From contig MU004191.1 in assembly GCA_010093605.1 (NCBI GenBank), forward strand, positions 1 through 33,541: a DNA stretch of 33,541 nucleotides, in the 5' to 3' direction. The notes beneath the pieces are model-generated. The model did no database searches and was not told where the DNA came from. It saw only the letters and a program-made list of their open reading frames with translations. This document shows positions 1 through 13,011 of the stretch, one piece after another. The number at the start of each line of letters is the position of its first letter. The stretch's first letter is position 1. Both the position numbers and the translations under genes were made by a program. The DNA comes from Lophium mytilinum (Eukaryota).

Positions 1-102
1 AACCCTAACCCTAACCCTAACCCTAACCCTAACCCTAACCCTAACCCTAACCCTAACCCTAACCCTAACCCTAACCCTAACCCTAACCCTAACCCCAACC
101 CC
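1..102 (+). repeat. Telomeric repeat (CCCTAA)n, chromosome left end
   Basis: AA + 15 perfect CCCTAA units (1-92), then a variant CCCCAA and CCCC (93-102) at the junction. C-rich strand reads 5'->3' from the window start, as expected for a left end. Confidence 0.98.
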
Positions 103-120
103 GTGCTAGCGGGCGACCAA

Positions 121-530
121 TAGTACAGTATAGAAACATCGAGTAAAATTTCGTTATGCGTACTATATACCTACTAGTAGGCGTATAGTATAGAAGTATC
201 TACTAAAATCCCTAAACACATACTATATACCTACTAGTAAGCGTATAGTATAGAAGTATCTACTAAAATCCCTAAATATATACTATATACCTACTATTAA
301 GCGTATAGTATAGAAATATTTAGTAAAATTTTATTAGGCGTACTATATATATTTATCTTAGTATATACTATAGAAATATTTATTAAGGCTTTATTAGGCG
401 TACCCTATACTTATATATTAGTATATAGTATAGAAATATTTCTATTAGTCTTATTAGGTATAATATATATCTATATACTAGTATATAGTATAAAATACTT
501 CTTTAAATTCTATTAAGTATATATCTATTT
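121..530. repeat. Subtelomeric tandem array, 60-bp period, ~7 degenerate copies
   Basis: Successive 60-nt lines from 121 to 481 align without gaps (gYRTATAGTATAGAARYAT...TACTATATAC). Each unit has an internal inverted repeat, GTATA(TA)GTA...TACTATATAC. Confidence 0.9.
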
Positions 531-570
531 TAATATATATTATAGAAATATTTTAAATTATAGTATAGTA

Positions 571-693
571 TTCTTACTAGAAGGCTTTTTATAGAGATTC
601 TTTTAATTATAAATTTATATATCTTTTTTATATATATATATTATACTAATATTTTTTATAGGGCCTTTATAGAAAGCCTTTCTATAGTAACCC
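571..693. repeat. Dispersed palindrome copies 1-2
   Basis: 579-589 agaaggctttt (degenerate); 661-693 gggcctttatagaaag-c-ctttctatagtaaccc with a perfect 9-bp stem at 668-686. Confidence 0.75.
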
Positions 694-829
694 TTATATT
701 ACTATAGAAGTAATTATACTTTCTATTTACTATACTTCTAATATACTTCCCCTACTATAACCTAAATTAAGTAAGTATAAATAAGTTTCTATTATATATC
801 TCTCTATACTTCTAATAAGAATAATAGTT

Positions 830-3720
830 CTTATCCCCCTTTCTTATCTCTACCTCCCTCTTCCCCTTCTCTAATACCTTTTCTAACACCCCCTTTCTCC
901 TCTTTAATACTTCTTCTAACTCTATTACTATTAACTGCGCATACTTCTTTCTTACTACCTTCTTTCTAACTATATACCTTACTATTACTACTATTCTATT
1001 CTCCCCGCCTACTCTACTTTCTAGAAATAAACTACTTACTATAGATAGCCCCGGCGCTAGTATACTTAGCGCTGCCTACTAATACTCCGGCTATAGTAGC
1101 CCTAGCTTACTTACTAGTACTAGCACCTACGCTACTATACTACCTAGTAGCTATACTATAGCGTTCTTAGAACTCTCTACTATCTTCTACTACTTTTTTA
1201 TAGATGCAGGCTTATATATAGCGGGTAGCTATCTCTATATATAGCTAGAGTACCGCCTCTCTTACTATAGCTATATAAGCTACTTTCTTTAATAGGTAGA
1301 GTATAGCGCAGCCGCTAAAAAGGGCGTTCTCTAGATAGTATAAGGCTAGTAATAGCTTAGCAGATAAGTAGGTGCTAGTTTTAAACTTAGTAAAGGTTAG
1401 AACGGGGATTTTAGAGGCTTAATAGAATTCTATAAGAATACTAGTAAAGTTTTTCTAGGGTTCCTTAGAGGTAGTAGTAGTAGAAGTTAGAGTTAGAGTA
1501 TATTTTTTAGTTTTACTAGGGGTAGAGACTATACCTAAGGCTTTAAGAGAGAAGAGGAGAATAAGACTAAGAGTAGAGGCGGCTTCTTTAGCTTCTTTCT
1601 TAGAGGTAAAGGGGCTAGTAGTAGTAAGAAAGTAGAGAGAGCTAGCGGCGTAAAGGGTTAAAGTATAGTTCTAGAAGAGTAGAAAGGTATTACTATTAAA
1701 TAAAAAGATAGGTTAGAGGATAGTAAGAGCCTAGTAGCGCTAGATAAAAAGCTAGGTATTTACTAATAAGTATATAGAGATAGGGATAGATTAGAGAGTA
1801 GATTAGGCTTAGGCTTTAGCGGCGGTAACGGCGGCTTTATACTACTTCTTAAACTTATTAATACTAAGAAGGTTTTATAGTATACTTAGGGTACCTAAAA
1901 TAGAGCCTCTACGTATCTAATCTATTAATAGCGGGGTGGAGTTCTAACTACTAAGAGGAGCTATAACCTCTATCTTTCTTTTCTTCTTAAAGCTAGAAAG
2001 CAGTGTAGTAATTAAGCTTAGTATAAAGAAAGAATAAGAATAATTATTACTATTTATGCTAGTATATATATAAGGTTAAAGGCTAGCCTAAGAAGACTAA
2101 GGTAGGGTGCTAGTTTAATCTATATAAGCTAGAGTAGCTGCAGCTACTCTACTAGAAGTTATTCTTTAGCGCTTAGATAGAAGAAACTCTATATTTATGC
2201 GTAGCGGGCTAAGTTTATAAGAGGTAAAGTATATTACAGCTTATAGTTATATAATAGAGCTAGAGCCCGTTTTAATTTCTACCCCTTAGATAATCTGCTA
2301 AACTTTATACTCTTTACTATCTATTAGTAAATTTAAGCTAAAGTATAAAAGTCTTATTATAGTGTAATAACCTTTATATAAGAAGGCGGCGTATTAGATA
2401 ATTTCTAGTTAGCCTTTTAATAATTCGCATTGTAGTAGATAATACTGGCGTAGTAACTATACCTTAGAGTAGCTTCCTTTCTATAATATCCGCAATTTTA
2501 GGGCTTATAAGTTAGTAACGCAGTAGTAGTAGTAATAGAAGATAAATCTTCGGGTTTTACTATAGTAGTAAAGGGTAAACTAGTGCTATTACTAGGGGTT
2601 AGGTCTAGAGGCTCTACTATAGTAGAAGAAGATAAGACTAATAGTAGAAGAGTAGAGATAAAGCTATTAAAAAAGAAAATAAAAGTAAGGTAAAGTAAAA
2701 AAGTAAAGCCTATTAGATAATTTCCGCGTAGGCGGTATAGAGGGCTAGGGTGTAGTTCTAGAAGAGTAGAAACGCGTTACTATTAAAGGAGAAGATGGGT
2801 TAAAAGATAGTAAGGGCCTAGCAGCGCTAGATAAAGAGTTAAATGTTTACTAATAAGCGCGTAGAGATAGAAATAGGTTAAGACGCTGCTACTTCTATCT
2901 AAGGTTTAGATTTAGAAGTAGATTAGGCCCTACTACTTCTACTCCCTAGCTATAGCCTTAAACCTTATTTATATAGCTCTTACCTCCTTCTCTTCTATAT
3001 TAATCTATAAGCGTAAAAGCTTCTTATTTTTAAAATTATCCTTAAAAAACTTATAGTATCCGGGCTACTTATAAGGCTAGGCTTAATTTTAATACTAGGC
3101 TTAATCTTTATATTAACTTTATCGGCTAGTTTAGGCTTAATATTAATATTAGACTTAGAAGGTAGAGCACTGTCTCTAGAGGCTTAGAATAGGGGGTTAG
3201 CATAGTTATAGAGAGTTTAAGACTTAGTTATAGTAGGCTGCATATTAAGAGTAGTATTAGTAGGCGTGCCTAGGCTATTACTAAAGAGGGAACCTCTATT
3301 TTAATTCTAGATAGTTATAAAAAGTGCTTCTCTCTAGGTATAGATGCAGGTAGGGTTAGTAGTATTCTCTATAGTAAGCGGTTTAGTTATATAGGGTTAG
3401 TCTATATTAGCTAGCTTAAAAGTTATTTTAGAAATAAATAATAAAGACTCCTCTCTAGTATTTTATATAGCAAGATCCGCGGCATTACTAGGTATATTAG
3501 GGTTAAGAAGAGGGTTCTAAGTAATAGTACCTAAGCCTATTAGTGTGCCTATTATAGCGGTGCTATTCTTAGTATACTACTCTTCTAAGTTAGTTATATA
3601 AGTATTTCTATAGCCTACTAGCTTTAAAACTTTATATACTATTAAACTATCTCTCTAAAGTACTTTAAATGTAATTAAGAGTCTCTTCTATACTAGTTCT
3701 AGCTATTAGTTTACCTACAG
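830..3720 (-). pseudogene. RIP-degraded ORF relic(s) of unknown function
   Basis: Codon-like composition on the minus strand, with stops mostly TAA/TAG attributable to RIP and a Glu/Gly/Lys-rich tail near 830-960. No recognisable domain; number of genes and boundaries uncertain. Confidence 0.35.
1654..2883. repeat. ~140-bp direct repeat, two copies (1654-1795 and 2741-2883)
   Basis: Both copies read GTTCTAGAAGAGTAGAAA...TTACTATTAAA...GATAGTAAGRGCCTAGYAGCGCTAGATAAA...TTTACTAATAAG; mismatches are mostly transitions. Confidence 0.85.
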
Positions 3721-4444
3721 CTATAGTATAGAGAGGAATAAGCTAAAGAAGTAAGAAAAGAGAGGAAGAGTAAATTAGGCGGGCGCTAAAGCAACGCAGG
3801 GTATAGTTATATAAACTATATATTATAGGGACCTACTAGTTCCGCCTAAGATAAAATATATATATAGTATAGTAATAAAATAAAACTCTTAGAGCTGCTA
3901 TTTATATATAGTATATAGAGTTAACCTCTAAAGGTTAATTATAAGTATAGGTATAATATAAGAGGTTAGTATATAATATACTAAGATTAATAGAAACTAG
4001 CATATTAAACCTTTTTCTAACTATAATCTACCCCTTATAGTATAGTAGCAGCCTATATATAATACTATATATAAGTCTTAATTAGTATACTATATATATT
4101 CTTTCTAGAGTATTCTAGTAGATATTTATAAAATAAGAAGCGGCCCAACCTAATATAGAGACGGCTGCAACCCTAAACTAGGCTAAAGTATATAAAATAT
4201 AGCCCGGTATACTAAGGTTAACGCGCAGTAGTATAGCAACTCTAAACGCTAAGGATAATATTTAGCAGGGGTAGATATATCTACATCTACCTAATACGTA
4301 TATTTTAATAGAGCAGTTAGCTTCTTCTCTTACTACGCCTAATACTCTATTTAGGCGCGAGGTTATAAATACTACTCTAGATTTAGTTGTAAGGAGGAAG
4401 CTTATATAGCTAAAGCGCTTATTAAGATAGCTATAAGAATAGAA

Positions 4445-4635
4445 TATTAGGGCTTAAGGTTAGAACATTAGATTAAATAGTATTAATATTAATAAAAGAT
4501 AAATATAAGAGAGAAAGAGGTTTCTAGGACGGACGTTGTAATAACCTAAAGGGCGGAGTAATATTTACCTATTCTATAGAGCCTCTATTACGTAACCTCT
4601 AGTTACGTGTTATACGTAATTATATAGCTATAACA
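4445..4635 (-). repeat. 3' LTR of element 1
   Basis: TATTAGGG...CTATAACA (TG...CA ends, one RIP-altered); colinear with 12821-13011. Confidence 0.95.
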
Positions 4636-4650
4636 TGTCTCCCCCCTCTA
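4636..4650 (-). other. Polypurine tract of element 1
   Basis: Minus strand tagaggggggagaca immediately before the 3' LTR start TGTTA. Confidence 0.85.
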
Positions 4651-5169
4651 AAGAAGCCCCCTAATTAAAGCCTTTATAAGAGAGAGTTCTTTCTATACTA
4701 GAGTATCTGTAACCACTTAAATATCTATTAAATAAAGTGCCTAATTATGTTACAACTTAAGTAAATAATAGAAATAAATTAATTTTGTAGAGGATCGCTT
4801 ATCCTTCCTATTTTTCATGCAGCCTTCCGCAGCCTTACTATTTAGTATAGTGTCTAACTAACTTAAATAGTCTACTAGTGTTACTATATATAGTATTACT
4901 ATATATAGTACTATCTTATTATTTATTTAAACTAGGGCCGGCTATAATAGAGCTATAAGGAGCCGTATAGCCTTTATAGCTACTAGCCTACTACTAGGTA
5001 CTTATAATAATCTGCGCTATTATATTGCATTTAATTATTGCGCATATCTATAGTTAGGCCTCCTTAATAAATTAATTTAACCGCTAGTCTAGTAATTAAG
5101 TTATATAGCTTCTGCAGTATTAGTTATATAGAGGTCTATAGCGGTAAGAATAGTAGCTAAGGTTAGTTT

Positions 5170-8100
5170 CTAGTCTAATAGTGGTATAAATAATAGGTAA
5201 GGTTCTAGCTTCTTAGAGTAGTGGTAGTGGAAGTCTACTATAAGGTATAAATAACTATTAGTATAATTATAGTTATTCTATTAGGGTTTATTATCCTATC
5301 TAATAAACTTAATTTTATATTGCATTATACCCCTTTTACCTATAGTAGGGTTAAGTTATCTTCTATTAAGATAGTAGTTAATAACCTCTTTAGTATTACC
5401 TTTTTAATACATTAGTATTATCTATATAGGTAGAGGTTTAGGATTACGCTATCCTTTTATAGGGACTGCGTTAGCTAGATAGAGTAGCTAAGAATAGAAG
5501 ATAGGGTGCAGGTTTTCTATGCCCTTAGGTAGCTTAAGTTTATATGCGCTGCTGTTTTTATAGCTTTCTAGAACTTTAAAGGGGCCCAGCTTCTTAAAGT
5601 TAAGCTTTCTATTTAGGTAGTTTATTTTAATAAACCGTCTATTAAGTATAACTTAATTGCCTGGGTAATATATATATGCTAGTTATTATCCTGCGTTAGT
5701 ATACTTCTTTTACTTAGCTTAGGCCCATTTAATCTCTATGCAGAGAAATGCGCAAAGCTTATCTATTCTAGTAATAAATTTATCTGCAAGCTTTATAAGA
5801 CAGATTATTAGCGCGTTTACATTATCGGGTAGTTGTGCGGCTAGTGTGGTGCCTACGCTAGAAATATAGCCCTTAGTAGCTATAAATAGCGCTACTTCTA
5901 TAGAGGCGTTCTTTAATAAGTTGGCCTTAAATTTAGTAATAGTAAGGAAGTTATACTAGTTATCTTGCTAGTAGTTAATATATGCCCTAAGGTATTACTT
6001 TAAGCCTATATTAGCGACTTCTATTTATCTATCTATCTTAGAATAGAAAGCTATAGAAAGCTTTAGTTTTATTCTAATGCATTTATATAGGTGGAACTAG
6101 AAAGTTAATATAAATTATAATCCGCAATTAGATATAATAGACTCTAGGTATCCTTTAGTGCGCTAGACCCATTCTAGAAAGGCTTATGCTACTTCTTTAG
6201 CCTCCGTTATTACTATTAGAATAAACTTACGCATCTTAGAAAGTCTATTAACTACTACTATAACGTATTAGTAGTCTCGTCCGGCTTATATATATTTAGG
6301 TAGTAGGCTAATAAAGTTAACTATAAGGTTAGTCTAATATTATTTAGAAATTAGTAGTAGTTTAAGAAAACCTTACTTTACCTCTTATGCATGCTTAATG
6401 TAATTACATAGTTAGCAGGCCTTAATATATTAGTTAACGTTAGAGGTTATTTATAGCTAGAAATAGTATATTAAGACACGGTTATAAGTAGACGTAGTTC
6501 CACCGTAACCAACTAGCGGAGGCTTGTGTAGGCTTTTAATAATAGCTAATTAGAGTTTCTCTTTTATAGGAATATATAAGCGGTCCTTTTAAATAAAAAT
6601 AAGGCTGTTATAGATTGTGCAATTATAGAGTTTAAGCTTAACGCCATAATTTTTAACTATATTAGTAGGCAGGCGGCGTAGCTTAGCTCTAATAGCGTCT
6701 TTAATAGCGTTAGTAATAGTATTATTAGTAAGGGCCTCTTATATATAATCTATAATATCTTACTCTACGGCACTATTAGTAGAGTTATTCTATAACTCCC
6801 CCTGCCTACCTAGTAGCTTCTATAGTTTATTATTAAGGTTACTCTAAGACTCCCCTTAATTAAGTTCTACTTTACTAAGGTTATATATTATTGCTGCAAG
6901 GGAGACTATATTATAAGTTATACTGTTAGTTATAATATAAGCTAATTTAATAGCGTAACGCATTTCTAGTTTAAGATTATAGTTCTTTAAGATAGTTTAT
7001 TACTAAATCTTATAGCGCTTATTGTTTTTATCTAGTATATTACCTAGGCGCCTAGTTAGTAGATTAGCTTTACTATTATCCTTGCCTGGCCTATATATAA
7101 TCCGGAAGTTAAACTTAGAGAGGAATTTAGCCTATCTAGCCTATTATTAGTTAAGCTGCTTTATCTCTATAAAGTATTATAGGGTCCGGTAGTCTAAAAG
7201 GACTTTAATAGAATTACTATACCTATAGCTAGTAAGTTCTATGCACTATTCTTTAAAGGCGTAGATAATTGCTAGGAGTTCTTTATTATAGATTTAATAA
7301 TTAAGTTAGGCTGCGCTTATTTAGTAAGATATAAATGTAATAGGGCGGAGGACTCTATTAGCTTATATTTAAGATAGTATAGCGGCCGTAACGGTATTAG
7401 ATGCATTGCATTCTACCTACGTCTCTAGGTCTAGATTAAAATAAGCTATCTAAGGAGTATTAATAAACGCTTATTTTATTTATTTAAATAAAAAGTCTTT
7501 AGAGCTACCCTTCTACTATAGAAAGGTAAACTACTTATAGACCTTAGCCCTAGTAAGTCTTATAAGGGGTCCTGTAATGTTAGAATAGGTAATAATAAAT
7601 CGCCGGTAGAAATTATAGAAGCCTAGAAAAGCTTATATATTATAGAGGTTCTATAGTTATAGCTAGTTAACTACTATTTTAACTTTAGCTAGATCTATTT
7701 TAAGGCCGTTAACGCTAATAATAACGCCTAGATATTTAACTTCCTATTTATAGAATTTACACTTAGTAATATTAAGGAAGAGGCCGGCCTTGCAGAGTTA
7801 CTAGAGAATCTTCTTAATGTGGCCTATATGTTCCTCCAACGTCTTACTAAAAATAAGAATATTATTAAGATAGGCCGTGCAGAAGTTATTAAGGTATTTA
7901 AGTAGAACATTATTAATAAAGGCCTAGAAGGTCGCCGGAGCGTTATATAGGCTAAAAGGTAAGATAGTAAATTTAAATAGGCTATATCTTATAAGAAAAG
8001 CCGTGTATTTCTTATCTTCTTCTCGCATTCTAATAGCGTTGAAAGCGGCTATAACGTTGAACTTTATATAATACCTAGCGTATTTTAATAGTATAAGTGT

Positions 8101-9390
8101 ATCTTTTATAGCCGGCGGGATATTATAAGCTTTAATTATAATAGTATTAAGGCCTTAATAGTCTATATAAATGCAAAGGCCTCCCCCTAGTTTATAGATA
8201 ATAATAATAGGAGCAGCGTATTAACTATTACTTTTTCTAATATATTCTTTGCTATATATCTTGTTAATAAACGTTTTAATAACTAGCGTTTCGTCTTATA
8301 AGAGCCTATAGACTTTTTAGGCTAGGGCCTTAGTTTCTAGCTTAATATTAATATAGTAGTTAATATTAGTGCCGTCCTTTACTTTATGCCGGGGTAGAAG
8401 CTTATTAGCTTTCTTTAGGTTCTATATATTAAGGAAGCTATAGTATTCTATAGGTACTAGTACTTTAAGTTTATTACAAGTTATTAGCTTGCGTTCTATC
8501 TTCTTAAAGAACTTTTATTAGTCGTCTTTTAACATTGCGTAGAGGCTAATAGCTGCCAGGTTATTAGTAAAGTTAGCTAGACCTATAACCTTGTTAGGTT
8601 TATACGGGCGTCTATTAGCGCGCGCTTAGTCTTCCGCTTTTTTATTAGCGAGCGCTAGTTTAAAGTATTTAGGCTAGATGTAAATAGTATTCTCTTCTAG
8701 TAACTATTATAAATTATATAAGTACTTATTGCTAGACACGGCGTTAATATTAAGCGCTTTAAAGGCTGTAAGCTAGGCATTAAGTTTCTACTAGAATAGG
8801 CGTTTACTAGTGCAGGCTATAGGGTTCTTTAACTAAATATAGACAGGTTTATAGTTAACTAGGCATTAAGAATAGTAGTAGTCTAAATCTAACTATATTA
8901 TTTAGGTACTAAACTTTATATAAGCGTTGTGTATTACAAGCTAGCTTATACTAAGAATAATATTATAGCCCTTAAGGTTATAGATTAGAGCCTAGAACTT
9001 ATTATAGTGGCCTTTAATCTGCATAGTAACTTTAGCTGCCTTATTAATAACTAACGTAGAACTATTTAGCAGCTTAATGTTACGTAGAGTAGCTTTATAA
9101 ATATTAAGCTTATACTATTTTATAAAGCTTATAGAGATAAATATAAAGCCGCCGCATCTAGAGTCTATAAGGATAGTTAATTTAACTATTCTAGTTAAAG
9201 TAATAATCTTATAGTTGAAGTCTATTTACTTACTAGAAAGAGAAGTAAGTCTAATAGCGCATGCGGAGAGCTTAATATTAGGTAGTTTTAGAGGAGGTAG
9301 CTTAAGCTCTTAAATATGTGCAAGAACTTAAGCTAGTGTATCTTCTAACTATCTCTAACAACAACTTTTATTAGAGATTAAGCGTTTTCT
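5170..9390 (-). pseudogene. pol: pol relic of element 1 (protease, RT, RNase H, integrase, chromodomain)
   Basis: Protease LIDS[R<G]C (~9155-9172). RT LPFSLYNAPATF (~7927-7963) and YLNN<YLDD (7861-7872). RNase H VECNASN<VECDASD (~7395-7418) and IYNKELLAII. Integrase H..H..C..C (~6400-6530), core D-D-E region ~5940-6340, KKLGPF (~5578-5595). Chromodomain-like QYKIKFI[G][W]D (~5290-5325). Many RIP stops. Confidence 0.93.
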
Positions 9391-11700
9391 AAGTAGTTAG
9401 AATAGACAGCTTTATTATTATTATCTTAGTCTTAGTTATCCTTATATTTATACTTATATTAGTACTCCTAATTACTACTATAGTTAAACGCGTTAAGTTC
9501 TATACTATTAATACTAGTAGTAGTAAGGCGCTTATCGCGCTAAGCCTCTAATATAGTCTTTCTAGCTATAGTACATTTAGGGTTACTAGCTTAGTAGTTC
9601 TTCTTAAAGTAGCTAAAGTAATATCCTTTCTTACTAAGGCGCAGGCGGACGTGCGGTGGAACGCTTAGCAGCGGGATAGTAGTAGTCTTCTTAACTATAA
9701 TGCAATTATTAGTCTTAGTAATAAACTACTTGCGTTGGGCGCAGTTTAAATCTTAATAGTTATCCTGCGTATATGCGTTATTTAAGCGGCGTGCTAAGAT
9801 TTATACTACTAGAAGCTTATTCTTAAGTTGCTTTTTGCGCTAAATATAATATTAGTCTTTATATAGGATATTATCTTTTACCTAATACTATATAGGTAGG
9901 TTAAAGTTAATATAGGTAAATAGATCTATACGCAGTATTTCCTTAAGGTAGTAGTAATAAGTTGCAAGGCTGTTATTAATCTTACTATACTTTAGCCCGT
10001 TAAGAACAACGTTAAGATGTTATAGAAAGTTAGACGTCTTCTTATTAGAACGCTATTTTATGCCCTAGCTATTAAGCTAATTAAGAAGGTAATTATAACG
10101 CATAGTATTACTCTCTTAGAATATAGCATCTAGGTCCTAGGTAAGTTCCTTAAGTAAATAATACGGGTTAGTAGATATAAGAAGTCCTTAATCTTCTATA
10201 ACTTTATATGCGCGCCCCTTATAATAACTAATAGCGAGCTGGATTTAAGTTATAGTAGTAGGGTAAGTCTACTAGTCTACTTAGACTAAGTAGATTAGGT
10301 AGTTCTTCTAGGCTGCATATACTATAGCTCTTAATTTAAAGTTCTATAGGTATGTATATTTAGGGCAAGGGCCCTATTATTATCTATATTAAGAATAGAT
10401 AGGTCTATATACCTATAGCTAAGTAAAGCTACCTAGTTAGCTTAGGTTTAGGTTATCTCTACCTCTACCTCCACCTCCTCCTATAGTAAAGTATTAGCCT
10501 AGAACGCAATTATATTAGAAATTATCTAGATTTAGAGTATATAGTCCTGTTAGTAGGGAAGGAGAGTAATTATCTATAGAATTATAGTTAGATAGATATC
10601 TATATAGGTCTATATATATATTACTAGGTTATTCTATAGGTAGGTTATAATAAAGTTAGGCTTTAAGCTAAGTAATTTAGTCTAAGGCTTATTAGTGTGT
10701 AATACCTAGCTTATTAAGCTAAGCTATCTAAGCTTAGAACTAGGCGTGCTTCTTATTCCACCTGCGACGCACTTATACTAAGTTTATCTTCATAGCTTCT
10801 AGTGTATTACTAAGGGTGCAAACTTATATGCAAAGCTTAGAGAGTTTACTATTAGTAAGTAAATATTTCTTATTTAGCTCTTTAATAGTAGTATTAGTAG
10901 CATCTTATTCTTAGGTAGTAATATTTATTCTATACTTATAGTTATTACTATCTTAGTAAGCTAATATAATATAGTTCCACTACTATTTAGGTATAAGCTA
11001 GACGTCTTTAATAAGGTCTTATAGACCTTATAGTTTATATTACTAGTAAACGCTATCTCTATAGCGCATCTTAAAGATAGAGCTATTAGCGCGCTGCGCA
11101 ATTATAAGATATAACTGCTAGTAATCCTCTACGCGTATTGTATTATAGTGCCTACTACTCCATTCTATACCTGCTGCTTACTAGGCTAGGTTAGGAGTAT
11201 TAAGTCCTGTAATAGATTTAACGCGGGTAGATTAGTATTATAATAGAGATATATTAGGGGAGGAAATACTATAAATAGGTAGTATTCTTAGATATTTAGA
11301 GTTGCGCAACTAAAGGTTAAGTTTAGAAATAGTATTATAATATGCCGTAGCTTTAGGGGTGTTAATAGTAACGCCTTAATAGGCTATCTTAAGCTAATTA
11401 ACTTTATTATCTGCGTTATTACTAAACTATTGTTCCTCCTCTTATTAGTTATATTTATCGGCTAAATTAAAGTTAGAGGAAGAATCCTTACTATAGGCGG
11501 CAGTTATATTATTAAGGCCGGTAGTAGTGTCCTTAAGTTCTTTAGGTAAATTAAAGTCGCCCGGTACATAGCTGCTAATGCGGGAGAGTAGGAGTATAGT
11601 TTCCTCTACTATAGTTACTACTAGAGGGGCTAGGGTAATTAGTAGGGGCTTACCTATAGTACTAAACTTAGTCTAATAATATTGCAGGTTAGCGGGTATT
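9378..11700 (-). pseudogene. gag: gag relic of element 1 (5' end approximate)
   Basis: RIPped zinc knuckle [C]FS[C]FKKN[H]..SNPKC at ~9572-9622; the frame ends TTA GAA AAC GCT TAA (9392-9378); position between the 5' LTR and protease. Confidence 0.7.
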
Positions 11701-12321
11701 ACTAAAGAAACTAGTCTAATAGATAGAACTAATTAAGAAGTAGCTGCTAGTGTCTATAACTAGGACTAAGTTGCGCCTTAAAAGGGTAGAATTAATAGTT
11801 AAATAAGAGGAGGCTATAGGCTATAATTAATTTATATTATATTATTATTATTATCTTCTATAAGAAGGTGCTATAGATTTAGGGCGCCTTCTTAACGTAA
11901 TATAATGCTAATGCGGCGGGGGTTAATAGGAATACTATTAGCGTCGCTAAATAGGCGTCTAGCAGTAGAGCATCTACTAGAGACTAAGTTGCTAAACTAT
12001 AGGGCTTTAGCGCGGTTAAAAGTATAGCGGTTAGGGTTAGCTATATAAGAAGGTAAAAAAGTTAGTATAGAAGAAAGAAAACTTAAAGAGGCAAGGTATT
12101 AAATTTATATGCAAGCCGTTAATAAATTTTAGTTATTTACTATAAGCACCGGCGGCGTAGAAGGCTTAAGAAACTAGCGCTAGTTATAGTTAGTAGCGGC
12201 GTTATTAGAGGAGCTATAGTAAATAATAAAGTTAGGTAGTCTATTTATAAAACGGGTAGTATATAGAAAATAGGTAGTCTATAGATATTTATTCTATAAT
12301 ACTAAGTATGCGCGTAGGCTA

Positions 12322-12715
12322 GCCATTATTAATACTAAGCTTTCCGGGCGTTAGTCTCTATATGGGCATGGCAATTAATTAGTAATACTAGGCGCGCGCA
12401 CGCGCTATTATTAATACTAAGCTTTCCGGGCATTAGTCTCTATATAGTAATAGTAAAGTAGATAGAAGAAAGAGTTATAGAGCTGTTAAAGTAATAGATA
12501 AAAATTAGTAAGAACTTTCTAGGGTGCTGCTACTACCCCTCTATTATAGGGGCTTATTATAAGCGCTGCTATAGTTATAAGGTCTACTATCTAGCTTCGC
12601 GCATAATAGCTAGATTACTTTATTAGGGGCCTGCGGTGCTGCTAATAGGTATACTATATTATTAAGTGTAGTCTTTATTAGAGGTCCGCGACGCTACTAA
12701 TAGTTACTATATTAG
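12322..12715. repeat. Short direct repeats in the 5' leader of element 1
   Basis: GCYATTATTAATACTAAGCTTTCCGGGCRTTAGTCTCTATAT at 12322 and 12404 (82-bp offset); a second, looser pair CTTTATTAGRGG...CTAATAG at ~12618 and ~12673. Confidence 0.8.
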
Positions 12716-12809
12716 TGGGTATAAGTATACTACAGCTTATTATAAAAGCGCACTCTATCACGGAAAATTTTCTAGGGGTTGCTTCTATCGCTTCTAGAAG
12801 CTAGGAGGG

Positions 12810-12819
12810 TATTTATCTT
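12810..12819 (-). other. Self-priming primer-binding site of element 1
   Basis: + strand tatttatctt (12810-12819) is the exact reverse complement of aagataaata inside the adjacent LTR (12872-12881); it lies 1 nt from the LTR edge. Confidence 0.8.
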
Positions 12820-12820
12820 A

Positions 12821-13011
12821 TATTAGGGCTTAAGGTTAGAACGTTAGATTAAATAGTATTAATATTAACAAAAGATAAATATAAGAGAGAAAGAGGTTTC
12901 TAGAACGGACGTTATAATAACCTAAAGGGCGGAGCAATATTTACCTATTCCGTAGAGCCTCTATTACGTAACCTCTAGTTATATATTATGCGCAATTATA
13001 TAGCTATAATA
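12821..13011 (-). repeat. 5' LTR of element 1
   Basis: 191 bp; by manual comparison 13 differences from 4445-4635, all transitions, no indels. Confidence 0.95.

Larger units (their letters stand above)
4445..13011 (-). mobile_element. Full-length Ty3/Gypsy chromovirus LTR retrotransposon, family 1 (8567 bp), RIP-inactivated
   Basis: Two 191-bp direct LTRs; 5-bp TSD tagaa (4440-4444) / taaaa (13012-13016); PPT; domain order gag-PR-RT-RH-IN-chromo on the minus strand. Confidence 0.96.

Noticed and set aside
121..530. CRISPR-like array
   Set aside because: Whole 60-bp units are homologous with no unique spacers, the context is a eukaryotic telomere, and no cas genes are present.
103..4444. Telomere-targeted non-LTR retrotransposon (MoTeR-like) next to the telomere
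   Set aside because: No RT or restriction-like endonuclease motifs recognised in this interval and no internal telomere tract.
4445..4465. Telomere-like TTAGGG at the end of element 1 LTR and scattered TTAGGG/CCCTAA hexamers
   Set aside because: Single hexamers are readily produced by RIP (e.g. TCAGGG/TTGGGG to TTAGGG); no tandem array.
6172..6186. Partial matches to the palindrome core inside LTR elements (tagaaaggctt at ~6175 and ~23221)
   Set aside because: No dyad symmetry or GGGCCC arms; explained by pol codons.
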